From positions 107,570,001-107,634,000 of the forward strand of contig OZ024741.1 of the NCBI GenBank assembly GCA_964016885.1: DNA of 64,000 bases, given 5' to 3'. Positions 25,236 to 38,689 of this stretch are shown in pieces (position 1 is the first letter of the stretch; each line of letters opens with the position of its first letter). The notes below the pieces were generated by a model. It was not told the DNA's origin. It saw only the letters and a list, made by a program, of their open reading frames with translations, and did not search any database. This stretch comes from Eledone cirrhosa (Eukaryota). The position numbers were made by a program, and so were the translations under genes.

Positions 25236-25265
<30 letters not shown>

Positions 25266-25748
25266 TAGATAGATAGATAGAGAGAGAAAGATATATATAT
25301 ATATATATAGAGGGGGGGGGGGGCAGGGAGAGAGAGAGAGAGTCTTGAGCAAACGTTGAAGACCAGCTTAGCTTACGATCTTAACTGAAATGATTGTAGC
25401 ATTATATAAAATGAAAATATAATTTAATACTCACACTAAAGCCACAATTGTATTTAAGACATAATTTCACTTATTGATTTCACTATAGAATAGTATTTTA
25501 TATGTCCATCTTTTGACTAAGTGATCATTTGAATATGACGAACTATTCAAGATATAAAAATCTGGCAATATTCGTGTGAAAATGCTATACGTTGAACCTA
25601 TTGCGAATATTTTGAAAAGATATAGTAATACTTTGCAATAATTGAGAAATTAAAGATTTTTGGAAGGTACTCTTAAACATTTGGCTACGACTGAATAAAT
25701 AAATATATGTGTGTGCGAATGCGTGGGCGTAATGTATGTGTGTGTGTG

Positions 25749-25779
<31 letters not shown>

Positions 25780-25801
25780 TAAATATATATATACATGTGT
25801 G

Positions 25802-25844
<43 letters not shown>

Positions 25845-26278
25845 GTCTGTGTCTGTGTGTGTGTATGTGTGTGCGTGTGGGTGTATGTGTGTGTGTGTGT
25901 CTGTGTCTGTGTTTGCGTACGTGTGTATGTGTGTGTGTATTATTGGTAAAATGTGGACAGATATTCGAGTATGCAGATGCAGACGCACATATATCCATCT
26001 ATCTAACAATCTATGTCTATTTATACACACAGCATTCACATGCATATGTATAACTTACAAATAAATGAATAAATATACACATACATACATTCTTACATAC
26101 GTGTTATATCAGAGTTTTCCTTCTCCAAGAATTCTGCCTTGACAAAGGCTAAGGGGTCATCTCTCCCGGTGATTTTGGATGGCCATTGACTCTTAAGAGC
26201 TCCTTTGCCCTTTGACAGGTTTTGTTTTTAGTCCTGCAGGATGTCCAAAGTCACCCTCCTCACATAAAAGCAAGGGAA

Positions 26279-26321
26279 GTAATCTACGCGTTTCATTCTT
26301 GTTAGAAATCTTCAGGACTAC
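26279..26321 (-). ncRNA. Minimal type I hammerhead ribozyme
   Basis: Reverse complement: gtagtc CTGAAGA tttctaacaagaat GAAAC gc GTA gattac. Confidence 0.85.
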
Positions 26322-26494
26322 ATACCCAGTGCTTTTATCGAGAATGACACAGCTAGAGACTTATAGAATACTTAGCTGTGTAGAGGAACTGGTTTCTGCC
26401 GGACCGGCAACCGCCCTTTCAAACCAGTTCCTGTACACAGCTAAGTATTCTATAAGTCTCTAGCTGTGTCATTCTCGATAAAAGCACTGGATAT

Positions 26495-26537
26495 GTAGTC
26501 CTGAAGATTTCTAACAAGAATGAAACGCGTAGATTAC
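26495..26537 (+). ncRNA. Minimal type I hammerhead ribozyme
   Basis: gtagtc CTGAAGA tttctaacaagaat GAAAC gc GTA gattac. Confidence 0.85.
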
Positions 26538-26804
26538 TTCCCTTGCTTTTATCGAGAATCTAATTGTAATACGTGACGTATTCTATTCTATAGCGATTAG
26601 GTCTTCAAAATGTTTATTATAAACATACAGAATATTTTCGAATATTCTATGTCTATATTCACATATATATCGCTATTTCAGAGCATTTATTCTAATTTCT
26701 AATTTCTGCCGGACCGGCAACCGCTCTTTCAAACCAGTTCCTGTACACAGCTAAGTATTCTATAAGTCTCTAGCTGTGTCATTCTCGATAAAAGCACTGG
26801 ATAT

Positions 26805-26847
26805 GTAGTCCTGAAGATTTCTAACAAGAATGAAACGCGTAGATTAC
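26805..26847 (+). ncRNA. Minimal type I hammerhead ribozyme
   Basis: Same sequence as 26495-26537. Confidence 0.85.
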
Positions 26848-27000
26848 TTCCCTTGCTTTTATCGAGAATCTAATTGTAATACGTGACGTATTCTATTCTA
26901 TAGCGATTAGGTCTTCAAAATGTTTATTATAAACATACAGAATATTTTCGAATATTCTATGTCTATATTCACATATATATCGCTATTTCAGAGCATTTAT

Positions 27001-27035
<35 letters not shown>

Positions 27036-27384
27036 TATATGTATACATATATGTATATACATATATGTGTATGTATGTATGTATATATATGTATGTATAT
27101 GTAGACGTACACGTTTATTTGATCTGCTGTGAAATAGTATAGTATAGTTGTTTTTAGTTTGAACTACTATCCACTTCATCGATATTTTCTGTTAACCCTC
27201 TGCCACGTCGGTGTCCATTGAGAAGTTCAAAGAGATTGCAATTCAAGAAGAATTGCGCATAAAGATCAAAATAACAACTTGCCCAGCTATTTTATCATCG
27301 GTATAGAATCACAGAAACATTGGATATCTAATTAAAAATGAAGCTGAATACTAACACATACACACCTTCAATTACACACACATT

Positions 27385-27535
27385 TATTATTTTCATTCTA
27401 ACAGTGACACGAGGCCAGCAATCTGAGGGAAGGAGAATGTCGATTTTATCGACACCAGTACTAAGCTCATACATTATTGTATCAACTCCAGCAGAATGAA
27501 AAGCAAAGTTGATCTTGGCGAGACATCAACTAAGT
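27385..27535 (-). mobile_element. Old degenerate SINE
   Basis: Diverged match to 1842-1953 (atcgacaccagtac...gaatgaaaagcaaagttgatcttggcg). Confidence 0.6.
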
Positions 27536-27914
27536 ATATAGAAAAATAATGCAAAACACATTTTCAAATGTTCTATCGATTCTGGTTCTACACCACATTA
27601 TCACTCACACACATATAAACTACATTCGCAAAGGTTGAACGTTAATGAAAAGAATAATAGCCAGTCTCTATAAATAATATTTGAAAACATGGGGACAAAT
27701 ATATTAGATAGAAGCTAATCCACTTTTTTCCAGATTGAGAGCTAAATGGTAATACCCTGTTACCCAAAAGCGTATTATCATACCCAGTTACACAACACCC
27801 CAGTAATCGGCTGTATGTATAACGCCTTACGTACGCATTGCCGCCACAACGGTTACCGCATGCTTCAGATGTACGTAAAGGAAATATATGTATGTATTTA
27901 TGTTTGTATGTATG

Positions 27915-28170
27915 TTCTTTTGGTTTTATAATTTCACACATTATTCAGTTCTGGTTCTCTGCTTCATTATGGGACCTTCATATCTGACATTTTCATCCTG
28001 TCCAAGATATCTGTAGTTGTCACCTGACTGTTGAGGTTGTATTGTCAAGCCGTTCATCTCTAGATTTCCAGACGAGGGCATAACCCGTCCACGTTTTACT
28101 GTCAAATATGCACATTTGGATTCACCAAATTTAATTCTGATGTCAATTGTGTAATGAGGTTCAATTGCTT
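27915..28170 (-). mobile_element. R4-like LINE fragment between (TATG)n tracts
   Basis: 27943-28170 matches RT region 30580-30817. 27915-27942 matches the 3' terminus at 30950. Confidence 0.75.
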
Positions 28171-28210
28171 GTGTATGTATGTATGTATGTATGTATGTAT
28201 GTATGTATGT

Positions 28211-29237
<1,027 letters not shown>

Positions 29238-29251
29238 TGTATGTATGTATG

Positions 29252-30916
29252 TTATTTCTTTCTTTTAATTTCAGGTACATTTTTTTGACCGGCCACCTTC
29301 CTGGTGGCAAGGTTGTAAAAGAAAAGAAATTGTCATCCCTTGAATCGCAAGAATATTTTGCAAATTTTGAAGGTGCCAGCTATCGCAGCCATTTGTAGGC
29401 TATGAATTAGGGAGCTGCGCTCTTTGTCCGCAAATCCAAGTTCAGTCATACTTTGGTCCAAGCGGGTTGGTATATAACCCGTAGCTCCAATAATGATGGG
29501 TATGAAGCTAAAGGTGTATCTTGGATACTGGATTTGTAAACTCCTCATCAATGGTCCGTAGATATCCTCCTTCTCCTGTATTTTTCTGACAACGTTTACA
29601 TCAAGTGGGCAGCTGATCTCCACAACAGACCACGTTTTCAATGTGTGGTCCCAAACAACAATATCAGGCCGGTTGTGCTTTAATTTGGTGGTAGTTTTTA
29701 TTTTCAGGTTCCACCAGTATTCCTTAGTGCCATCTGTCTCAATATATTCTTCCTCGTTTGTTGTTAATTTTGTTTTCCGAAGTGCGTTCCAGATGGTTCT
29801 AGCTATCCCAACGTGTCTAATGGAGAGGTAGTTGCGAGATGACATTCTTTCGCAGCTGGCAACAATGTGTCTTACATCCTCGATCTTTGTTTTACATAGC
29901 CTACATTTATTGTCAGCTGACGGCCCTCCCCTTTTGTGCAGCAGATATTTGGTAGGGAGTTCTTGTTCCTGTATTGCATAGAGATATCCCTCAAGGTGTG
30001 ATGTCATAAACTTGTCGGAACTCCATGCCAGGCTTTTTGAGTGGTTTATCCCCTCTATGGTCTGTGTTTTACGTCTCAAGTATCCATGCACAACTTTTTC
30101 TGTAAATTGGTCAATTTTTTCATCTTGTTTGAACATTGAATAGGATCTTCCGATTTCTCTGGGTGAGAGATTTATATCAGGATTTATTCCATATCTCCCC
30201 TCCAGATCAGTGGCTATTCTAATTATATTTTTTTTCATGCTCATAAACCTGGGCAAGATGGTTGCCAACCTTTTTCCTCTGTTGAAGATGTTGCTTCAGT
30301 GTTACTATCCGGGTCTCATATGATGTTAATATGGATTTTAGACCCCGGCCACCTTCCTTGCGTGAGAAGTATAGCCTATCCACATCACCATTGATGTTAA
30401 AGTTGCCAGTAACACTGAGAAGTTTTCGAGTTCTAACATCCATCTCACTTAGTTCTTGCAATGACCAGTTCAGCAGGCCAAATGTTGGCGTTAGAATTGG
30501 TACAGCATAAGTATTGTGGGCAATGTATTTGTTGTACGCTGACAATTCTGATGACCATATTTTCTTTACTCTTCTGAAGTATTCAGTTCTGGTTGTCTCC
30601 TTATTTATGGGTCCATCATATCTGACATTCTCATCCTGTCCAAGATATCTGTAGTTGTCACCTGACTGTAGAGGATGTATTGTCAGGCCGTTCATCTCTA
30701 GATTTCTAGATGAGGGCACAGCTCTTCCACGTTTTACTGCCAAATATGCACACTTGGACTCAACAAATTTCATTTTGATGTCTGTTGAAAATTGTGTAAT
30801 GAGGTCCAATTGTTGCTTGATGTCATTGATATTTGGCCCATACAACTTCAGGTCATCAACAAAGAAAAGATGGGAGATACTTCTGGACCCACCTCTTTGT
30901 CCACCTTGTTTCCTTA
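29252..30916 (-). mobile_element. 5'-truncated R4-like RLE LINE in (CATA)n, family A
   Basis: HLFFVDDLKLY, YRYLGQ, VDRLYFSRKEGGRGL, CRLCKTKIEDVRHIVASC, HNRPDIVVWD..VVEISCP. One frameshift at ~30230. Confidence 0.9.
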
Positions 30917-30950
30917 TGTATGTATGTATGTATGTATGTATGTATGTATG

Positions 30951-32563
30951 TTCTTCTGGTTTTATAATTTCACAAAGTTTTACCAATAGAGAGAGAGAGT
31001 CGGTTTCTAACATAGACACAAGACTCTCTCATTGGGATTTACACAACATCAACTAGGTAGATTATGTATGCATGCATGTGTAGATATGGATGTTATTGTA
31101 TGTGTGGATGTGGATGTTTTGAGTTGTATGTGTGATGTGTATTTGCTTTGCATCTGTACATGTGTATATGAAGTTATTAGATGCAACACTTTTGGAATGT
31201 TTTACATATTTTTACTGTTCCATATTTTGACTGGATTGTACTTATAATTTCCTAACTAGTTGTGTTCTTTCTGTTCCTGTGAAGCCTAGCTTCTCAAGAT
31301 TTGTATTGAGGCAGTTACTAACATACCCCAGTGCCCCAATAATCACAGGCATAAATCTGAAGGTGTAATCAGGGTGGAGTATCTGCAGATTTTTCATCAG
31401 TTCTGTATAAATATTCTCCTTTTCGCTAATCTTTGATAATATATTGGCATCTGCTGGTCAGCTAATTTCAACTACTGTGCATGCTTTCTTCTCCCTATCC
31501 CATATCATAATATCTGGTCTGTTATGCCTGCATTTCATTGGGTTTTTCTGGAACATTCCACCAGTACTTTTTCATATTATATATATGTATGTCTTCCATA
31601 TTGCTGTAGCTTTTAATGGGTTTATTATCGGGGCTATATTTTCTACGGATTGCATTGTACAGTGTTTCGGCCATTACATCATGCCTCATAGGTAGATAGT
31701 ACCGCAAGAAATCTTAGGACAGCTGCTGATGACATGGGTGATATCCTCGATGTTAGTTTTGCAGAGTCTGCACTTGTTATCACATCTAGGTGTTTTGCCT
31801 GCATCACTATCTCTTTTGTGAATCCGATATTTCTTATTAATTTCATGTTCTTGGATTGCAAATGCGTATCCTTCAAAGTGGGAGCCAATTTAGGGGTCCA
31901 AAATAGACTACTTTCTTTATCTATATTACTCTCACTGTAGAGCTTCCTGGCCACATATCCTTGCATGATTTTTTGCTGATAAGCATGCAGTTTTTCATCG
32001 ATGGATTCACTGCGATACTGCTGAGCGACTTCCCTGGGTGAGAGTTCTTGATTATCACACAGAGAATATCTCTCGAGGAGTTCCTTCCCAACTCTCATGA
32101 TCTTATCTGTTTCATGCAGATAGACTTGCTCGAGAAACGGGCTCCTACTCTTCGAGGTTCGTAGATGTTGTCGGAGAGATATGATGCGACATTCAAATGT
32201 TGTCTGGGCTGATGTTAGGCCTCTGCCTCCCTGCTTACGTTTCAAGTGAAGTCGGTCTATGTCACTGTTGATGTGTAAGTTTCCGGTGTTGTTTAGTATT
32301 TTTCGAGTTCCAACATCAACTGCTCGGATTTTGTCCCATATCATAATATCTGGTCTGTTATGCCTGCATTTTATTGGGGTTTTTACTGGAACATTTCACC
32401 AGTACTCTTTCATATTATGTACATGGATGTCTTCCACATTGCTGTAGCTTTTAATGTGTTTATTATCGGGGCTATCTTTTTTACGAACTGCATTGTACAG
32501 TGTTTTGGCCACTACATCATGCCTCATTGGTAGATAGCACCGCGATGACATCTTTGGACAACT
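30951..32563 (-). mobile_element. 5'-truncated, rearranged R4-like RLE LINE in (CATA)n, family B
   Basis: IDRLHLKRKQGGRGL, YLPMRHD, HNRPDIMIWD and a 3' UTR ending ...aaaccagaagaa-(CATA)n. Confidence 0.88.
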
Positions 32564-34142
32564 ATGTATGTATGTATGTATTATAAGGTCGCTCTTTAAC
32601 GCAACTGGTAACATGTAGCCATATACAGCCTGTGCATGATCGGGTCGTCGACGATTAAACCGGTAACCACCCGAAGCTTGCTTGGTGAGGAGGCTGATTT
32701 TGAACACCCAGAGGGATGAAAAACAAGACCCATTAAAGGGCAAAGAAACCCAAGAGAGTCAACGGCCATCCAACAAGGTCTTTTCCTTTTTGAGCGAGAG
32801 ATTCCTATACTTCATTAAAACATCTCTCCGGGGAAATGTCACTCTGATATAAAACCTACGACTTCGTTTGTTTCCAATGATGTAAGCCAGTTCTTCTTTT
32901 TGGGAAAATGCATTCGATGTTCAGAGAGTGACATTGGCCCCCTGTAAAGCCTTTCCTCTCTTAAAAAAACCTTCAATCACAGGAATCACTTGACATGTGA
33001 CATTTGTTGTGATGCAACTCATTGTTGGCCATAGGCGGGTACCTAGCAGGACTAAAAACCACGTCCGTGGGGCTCATGCTTAAGTATCAAGCGATGGCAT
33101 AACACGAAATCGATTTGCAGCTATCATATATATGTATATATATATATAGAGAGAGAGATTTATAAACACACACACACACACATATACATCCCCCCCACAC
33201 ACACATACCCCCCCCCCCCATATATATATATATCATAAAGAATGCTAAAATATATATAATACGTATATAAATGGATTCACGGAAGTTGAGGCCCCCACCC
33301 CCCACACATCTTCATATAAAGGCTATGTTCATAACTTATGTATAGTAGAGCATAAATCAATTATGTTAGGTAACATAAGTAGGAATGCGGTAACTACTAT
33401 AACACATACTCTAACAATCTTTTCCTTCTTTTCCTACTATGACAATCGTTAAACTAATATACATTTTCATTACACTGTGTCGTTCCTCGTTGTTGTATCT
33501 CGTTTAATTTTCGAATACATACTTTGATAACTTGATGCTTTAAAAATGCATACGCACCTGCGAAACTGTGCACATATGCATGCGTTTGCGCATATGTCTC
33601 GGACATATCAAAAAGCCAAAGGTGCTATTTACAAAATCAACAGGTGGTATAAAACTTTTAGGACATTCTATCTTGATAAGATTCTTAGGTCATACATGAA
33701 TTGTTGAAAACGTTTAAATGAAATCTGTGTGTACAGGGATCAGGTTTTCTACTTTCTTCTCTCTAATTATCCTGTATTTCTCGTCATTTATCTTCCTCTC
33801 ACTTTCTTCCACCCGTCTCTCCTTTACATCATTTAGTTTTCGCATTTCTTACTTTCAGCTAATTTATTTTAAAATCTGTTTCCTTAAATGTTACCCAGAA
33901 AATGTAACAATGCTGCTGTTATAATGTAAAATGATTCATTCGGAATATTATTCTCTTTGTAGCAGTTTGATAATGTGACACAACTCTTATAGCCCAGCTA
34001 AATTTAGTTATGCAATGCGTGGTCTGTAAAAATAGGCTTTAAAAAAAGACTACGAACAGGATTGTTGCTGGAACTGTGATTACGTGAGAAAATAGGTCTT
34101 ACATTCAAGCCTTCGTTTGTTTACATTAATATATATATATAT

Positions 34143-34260
34143 ATAAGAAAATGTTTAACCCCGACGGCAGAGCTCAAGCCGTTTTGACGGATATTTCTGA
34201 GTCCAGAAATAGCCCTCGAAACGGCTTGAGCTCTTCCGTCAGGGTTAAACATTTTCCTAT
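34143..34260. repeat. Palindrome made from the 3' half of a hammerhead, centred on helix II
   Basis: Right arm: ...agccctc GAAAC GG cttgagctctt CC GTC agggtt. The left arm is its reverse complement. Lies in (TA)n. Confidence 0.7.
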
Positions 34261-34351
34261 TACCCACTCTACTACCCTAAGTATAGAGTAATCTGGTGCG
34301 TTATGGTCCATCTGGTTTCTTACCACACTTCCTTCATTATACAGATATGAA

Positions 34352-34388
<37 letters not shown>

Positions 34389-34719
34389 ATGCATGAATGC
34401 ATGAATGTATGAATGTATGTATGTATGTAATGTATGTATGTATTTATATATGTATGTTTATATGTCGTCAATGAGGTTCGTATTTTCAGAATTTAAAGCA
34501 AACACTCTACCTGTGAAGAGGCCTCTATGCTTCATTCATGATATTTCCAGACGTTTGTAAATATATGAGCGAATTAAAGTGTAGTTGGAGTTATATATCC
34601 ACATATATCATGGATGTAAATGTTTCATTGATACAAATGAATGTGTGCCTGTCTGGTGAGGGTTTATGTATATATGTTCGTTCTATGTACATAATGGATG
34701 GTATGTATGTATTCATCTA

Positions 34720-36302
34720 TGTTCTTCTGGTTTTATAATTTTACACATTTTTGCCAATATAGAGAGAGAGTCGGTTTCTAACGTAGACACAATACTCTCT
34801 CATTGGAATTTACACAACATCAACTAGGTAGATATGTATGCATGTATGCATGCAAGAATGTGTAGATATGGAGGATATTGTATGTGTGGATGTGTATGTT
34901 TTGAGTTGTATGTGTGCATGTGTATATGCTTAGTATCTGTACATGTGTATATGCAGTTATTAGATGCAACATTTAGGAATGTTTTACAAATTTTTACTGT
35001 TCTAGTAATGGATTGTACTTGTAATTTCCTAACTAGCTGTGTTCCTTCTGTTTCTCTGAAGCCCAGCTTCTCAAGATCTGTATTGAGGCAGTTACTAACA
35101 TATTCCAGTGCCCCAATAATCACAGGCATAAATCTGAAGGTGTAATCAGGGTGGAGTATCTGCAGATTTCTCATCAGTTCTGTATAAATATTCTCCTTTT
35201 CGCTAATCTTTGATATTATATTGGCATCTGCTGGACAGCTAAAATTCACTACTGTCATGCCTTCTTCTCCCTGTCCCATATCATAATATCTGGTCTGTTA
35301 TGCCTGCATTTTATTGGGGTTTTACTGGAACATTCCACCAGTACTCTTTCATATTATGTATATGTATGTCTTCCACATTGCTGTAGCTTTTAATGTGTTT
35401 ATTATCGGGGCTATCCTTTTTACGGATTGCATTGTACAGTGTTTCGGCCATTACATCATGCCTCAAAGGTAGATACTACCGCGAGAAATCTTAGGACAGC
35501 TGCTGATGACATGGGTGACATCTTCGATGATAATTCCGCAGAGTCTGCACTTGTGATCACATCTAGGTGTTTTGCCTGCATCCCTATCTCTTTTGTGAAT
35601 CCGGTATTTCTTGTTGATTTCCTGTTCTTGGATTGAAAAGCGTATCCTTCAAAGTGGGTGCCAATATAGGGGTCCAAGATAGACTACTTTCTTTATCTAT
35701 ATTACTCTCACTGGGGAGCTTCTTGGCAACATATACATGCATGATTTTTTGCTGATAAGCATGCAGTTTTTCATCCATGGATTCACTGCGATACTGCTGA
35801 GCAACTTCCCTGGGTGAGAAATTTTGATTATGACACAGGGAATACCTCTCGAGGAGTTCGTTCCCAGCTCTCATGATCTTTTCTGTATCATGCTGATAGA
35901 CTTGCTCGACAGACGGGCTCCTACGCTTCGAGGTTCGTAGATGTTGTCAGAGGGATATGATGCGACATTCAAATGCGGTCTGGACTGATGTTAGGCCTAG
36001 TAAAGGCGGTCTATGTCAATGTTGATGTGTAAGTTTCCGGTGTTGTTTAGTATTTTTCGAGTTCTAACATCAGTCGCTCGGATTTCGTCTATCGTACAAT
36101 TGAGTATTCCAAAAGTTGGTGTTAGGGCAGGCGCAGAAAACACATTGTGAGCCACTGTTTTGTTTTATGCAGAGAGTTCCAATGACCATATCTTTCTTAA
36201 TCGGGTGAAGGATTCTCTGGTTACGCGTTCCTTATTACAGATACCATTATAGGATTTGTTCTCATCTATCCCCAGGTATCTGTAGCAGTCCTCATCAGAT
36301 AT
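34720..36302 (-). mobile_element. Second family-B R4-like LINE copy, 5'-truncated and degenerate
   Basis: Collinear with 30951-32330, with [14 protein letters not shown] at the 5' end. TATG-like flanks at both ends. Confidence 0.88.
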
Positions 36303-36679
36303 TGTATGTATGTGTAAACGTATGTTTCTATGCATGTATATATGTACATACGAATATGCGTATATATGTATGTATATATATATATGTATATACGAATATG
36401 TGTATATATATAAATATATATGTATGCATTTATATGTATATATAAACATATATATATATAAATTTATTTATCTAGAGAGAGAGTTTTCCTTGTATGTATG
36501 TATATATATATACATATATATATTGAAAGGATAACAAGGACGATTGATTACTCCTTCATTGCATTATAGATAAGTGACGCACGTTTCGCCACTTATCAGC
36601 TCAAGGTTCGATCTGTATCGATCCTACCCGACTCATCTCAATAATCGGCGGCTCGACTGACCCTTTTAAAATGCTATAA

Positions 36680-36804
<125 letters not shown>

Positions 36805-36848
36805 CACAGAAAAAAGAGAATCAGTGTTGCGACGAAAGGAATTTATTG

Positions 36849-36944
36849 GACATATTACAAATGTTTCTCGGGTGACCAGCTAGAGGCACGATCGATATGG
36901 TGATCACCCCTGACTGTGAAATCAACACAGTCGTCAGATACGTC
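36849..36944 (-). ncRNA. Hammerhead-like motif with a two-hairpin domain II
   Basis: Reverse complement: gacgtat CTGACGA [ctgtg-ttgattt-cacag][tcaggggtgatca...tggtcacccga] GAAAC attt GTA atatgtc, followed by aataaa. Confidence 0.6.
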
Positions 36945-37914
36945 TCGATTCTGCGAAGCAGATTTCCCTATAGCCCTTTAACGTCGAATTTCTTCCTTTA
37001 TTTATTTAGATCCTGTTGTTGTCATTCTATGAGTGGTCAAGAATTGTACACGTCATCGGTATTTCTAGCCACACATGGTTGCCCACTTCTTGCTTCCTTT
37101 CGTTCTCCACCTGTCAATCAAAATTTCTTCATGTATCAGAATTACTACTGTGGTGGGAGAGGAGCTGTAATCTTGAACGGCTGGCATCTCTTCGACGTCT
37201 TCATTGCCCTAGGGCCTTAGTCTACATCGGTCAAGTACACACCCGCAATTATGCTGTATGCGGCATTCATCATCAATAATGTTTTGCGGGAATTTAAAAA
37301 AAAAACAATCCTGGGGATATTTAGCGTAACATTTGTAGGACACAGCCTTAGGATACACTCCGCCATACATATTTCAAAGAGAAAAGGAAAAAGAAAAAGA
37401 AAGAACCTGTAGCAAGAACGTTTTAAAAAAAAAACGTTTTTAAAAAGAAAGCTTTCAACAGCCATTCAAACAGAGGGCTATATCAAAGGTGTTTTCAACA
37501 AATAGACCCAATTCTACACTCATACACGGGACTCAGGGTAGCGTGCGTAGCCAAGACGCCGCCCACTTATATAGGCAGATGGGAAAAGAAAAATCCATGG
37601 AAAGTCATCCGTACCCCCACGCATACAGGCTCAGACAAATTCTTCGACCCATGCCTGCACACACCCGTGCTCATGCATGTCTGTGTGGACACGCATACTT
37701 ACCGCGTGCTCAGCACCTGATGAATATACTTGATGAGTACCCCCCCCCATCCGTCCCCCCACGCGCCGCTGCGCAGATGGTGCACACAGTATTGTATGAG
37801 ACAACGCGTTTGAGGCCTTGACCCAACCTGATCACGTGGCGGTGTGAGTCCGGGGGTGTCTGCACAATATGCCTACATGTTATGGCAGCACAATATCCCT
37901 GCACTGAAAGTTAT

Positions 37915-38080
37915 GGGAGCTGTGCTGTTTTCTGAGTCAATGTTCTGAGCACGATAGGGGTTCCAGACTGATGATGCGAATTCCAAGTGTGGTCGTACCA
38001 TAGCTGTATACAGCTTTAAATAGATGGCTGGAGAGCGGCTAACAAAGGTCTTGCTGAGTGATGCCAAGACACCCTCGGAC
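37915..38080 (-). mobile_element. CR1-type LINE RT C-terminal fragment
   Basis: LKLYTAMVRPHLEFASSVWNPY. Confidence 0.75.
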
Positions 38081-38084
38081 TTTT

Positions 38085-38425
38085 ATAGTTGACTTTTATA
38101 GTTTAGCTGTGACAAGAATAGTACAACTATGCTATCAATAGTATAGTTGGGATATCATTAGTATTGCTAGGACATCTATAGCGTAATGTTAACATCATTA
38201 ATCGAGCTGTAACATCTATAGTGTAGCTGTGATATTTATAGTGTATCTGGGACATGTATTGCATACCTGTGAAATCAATTCTATTTCTTTGCCATCTATA
38301 TTAATGTTGTAGCAATTATAGTATAGCTAAGTACAATGTGGCATCGATAGTGCAGCTGTGACATCTATAGTACAGGTGTTACAGTTATAGAATAATCAGG
38401 ATATTTATAAAATACCTGAAGCATT
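38085..38425. repeat. Degenerate ~20-21-bp minisatellite (atctatagtgtagctgtgac-like)
   Basis: Recurring ctatag...gctgtgacat motif. Confidence 0.55.
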
Positions 38426-38689
38426 TCAAATTCCACATTTCTACAATAACGCATTCATATATCCAAATTTCTACACTACTACGACTAATCCACATTACAT
38501 TTCAAGATTTGCATGCCGTCCATTCAGAACTCCGCTTTAAAATAAATCTACATTTTTTAACCTCTTTAGAACACCACATCACCACCTGTTCTCTTTATCA
38601 TGTTACCATACCATCACTTTTCAACACCATCGCATATAGCCACAGAGACCTGAACTCACTTTCAGGATCCTCCCATATTCATTCTTTGG

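Larger units (their letters stand above)
26264..27005. mobile_element. Second locus of the 310-312-bp retrozyme-like family (inverted piece + two tandem units)
   Basis: Homologous to 4297-5312. 26264-26395 is inverted, followed by units at period 310. Confidence 0.8.

Noticed and set aside
36568-36602. CTGATAA...GAAAC gtgc GTC hammerhead-like motif on the minus strand
   Set aside because: The core is non-canonical and helices I and II cannot form. It folds as a plain hairpin, at most a remnant.
37489-37821. 110-aa ORF in a GC-richer patch
   Set aside because: No recognisable domain or splice context, and it is flanked by TE debris.
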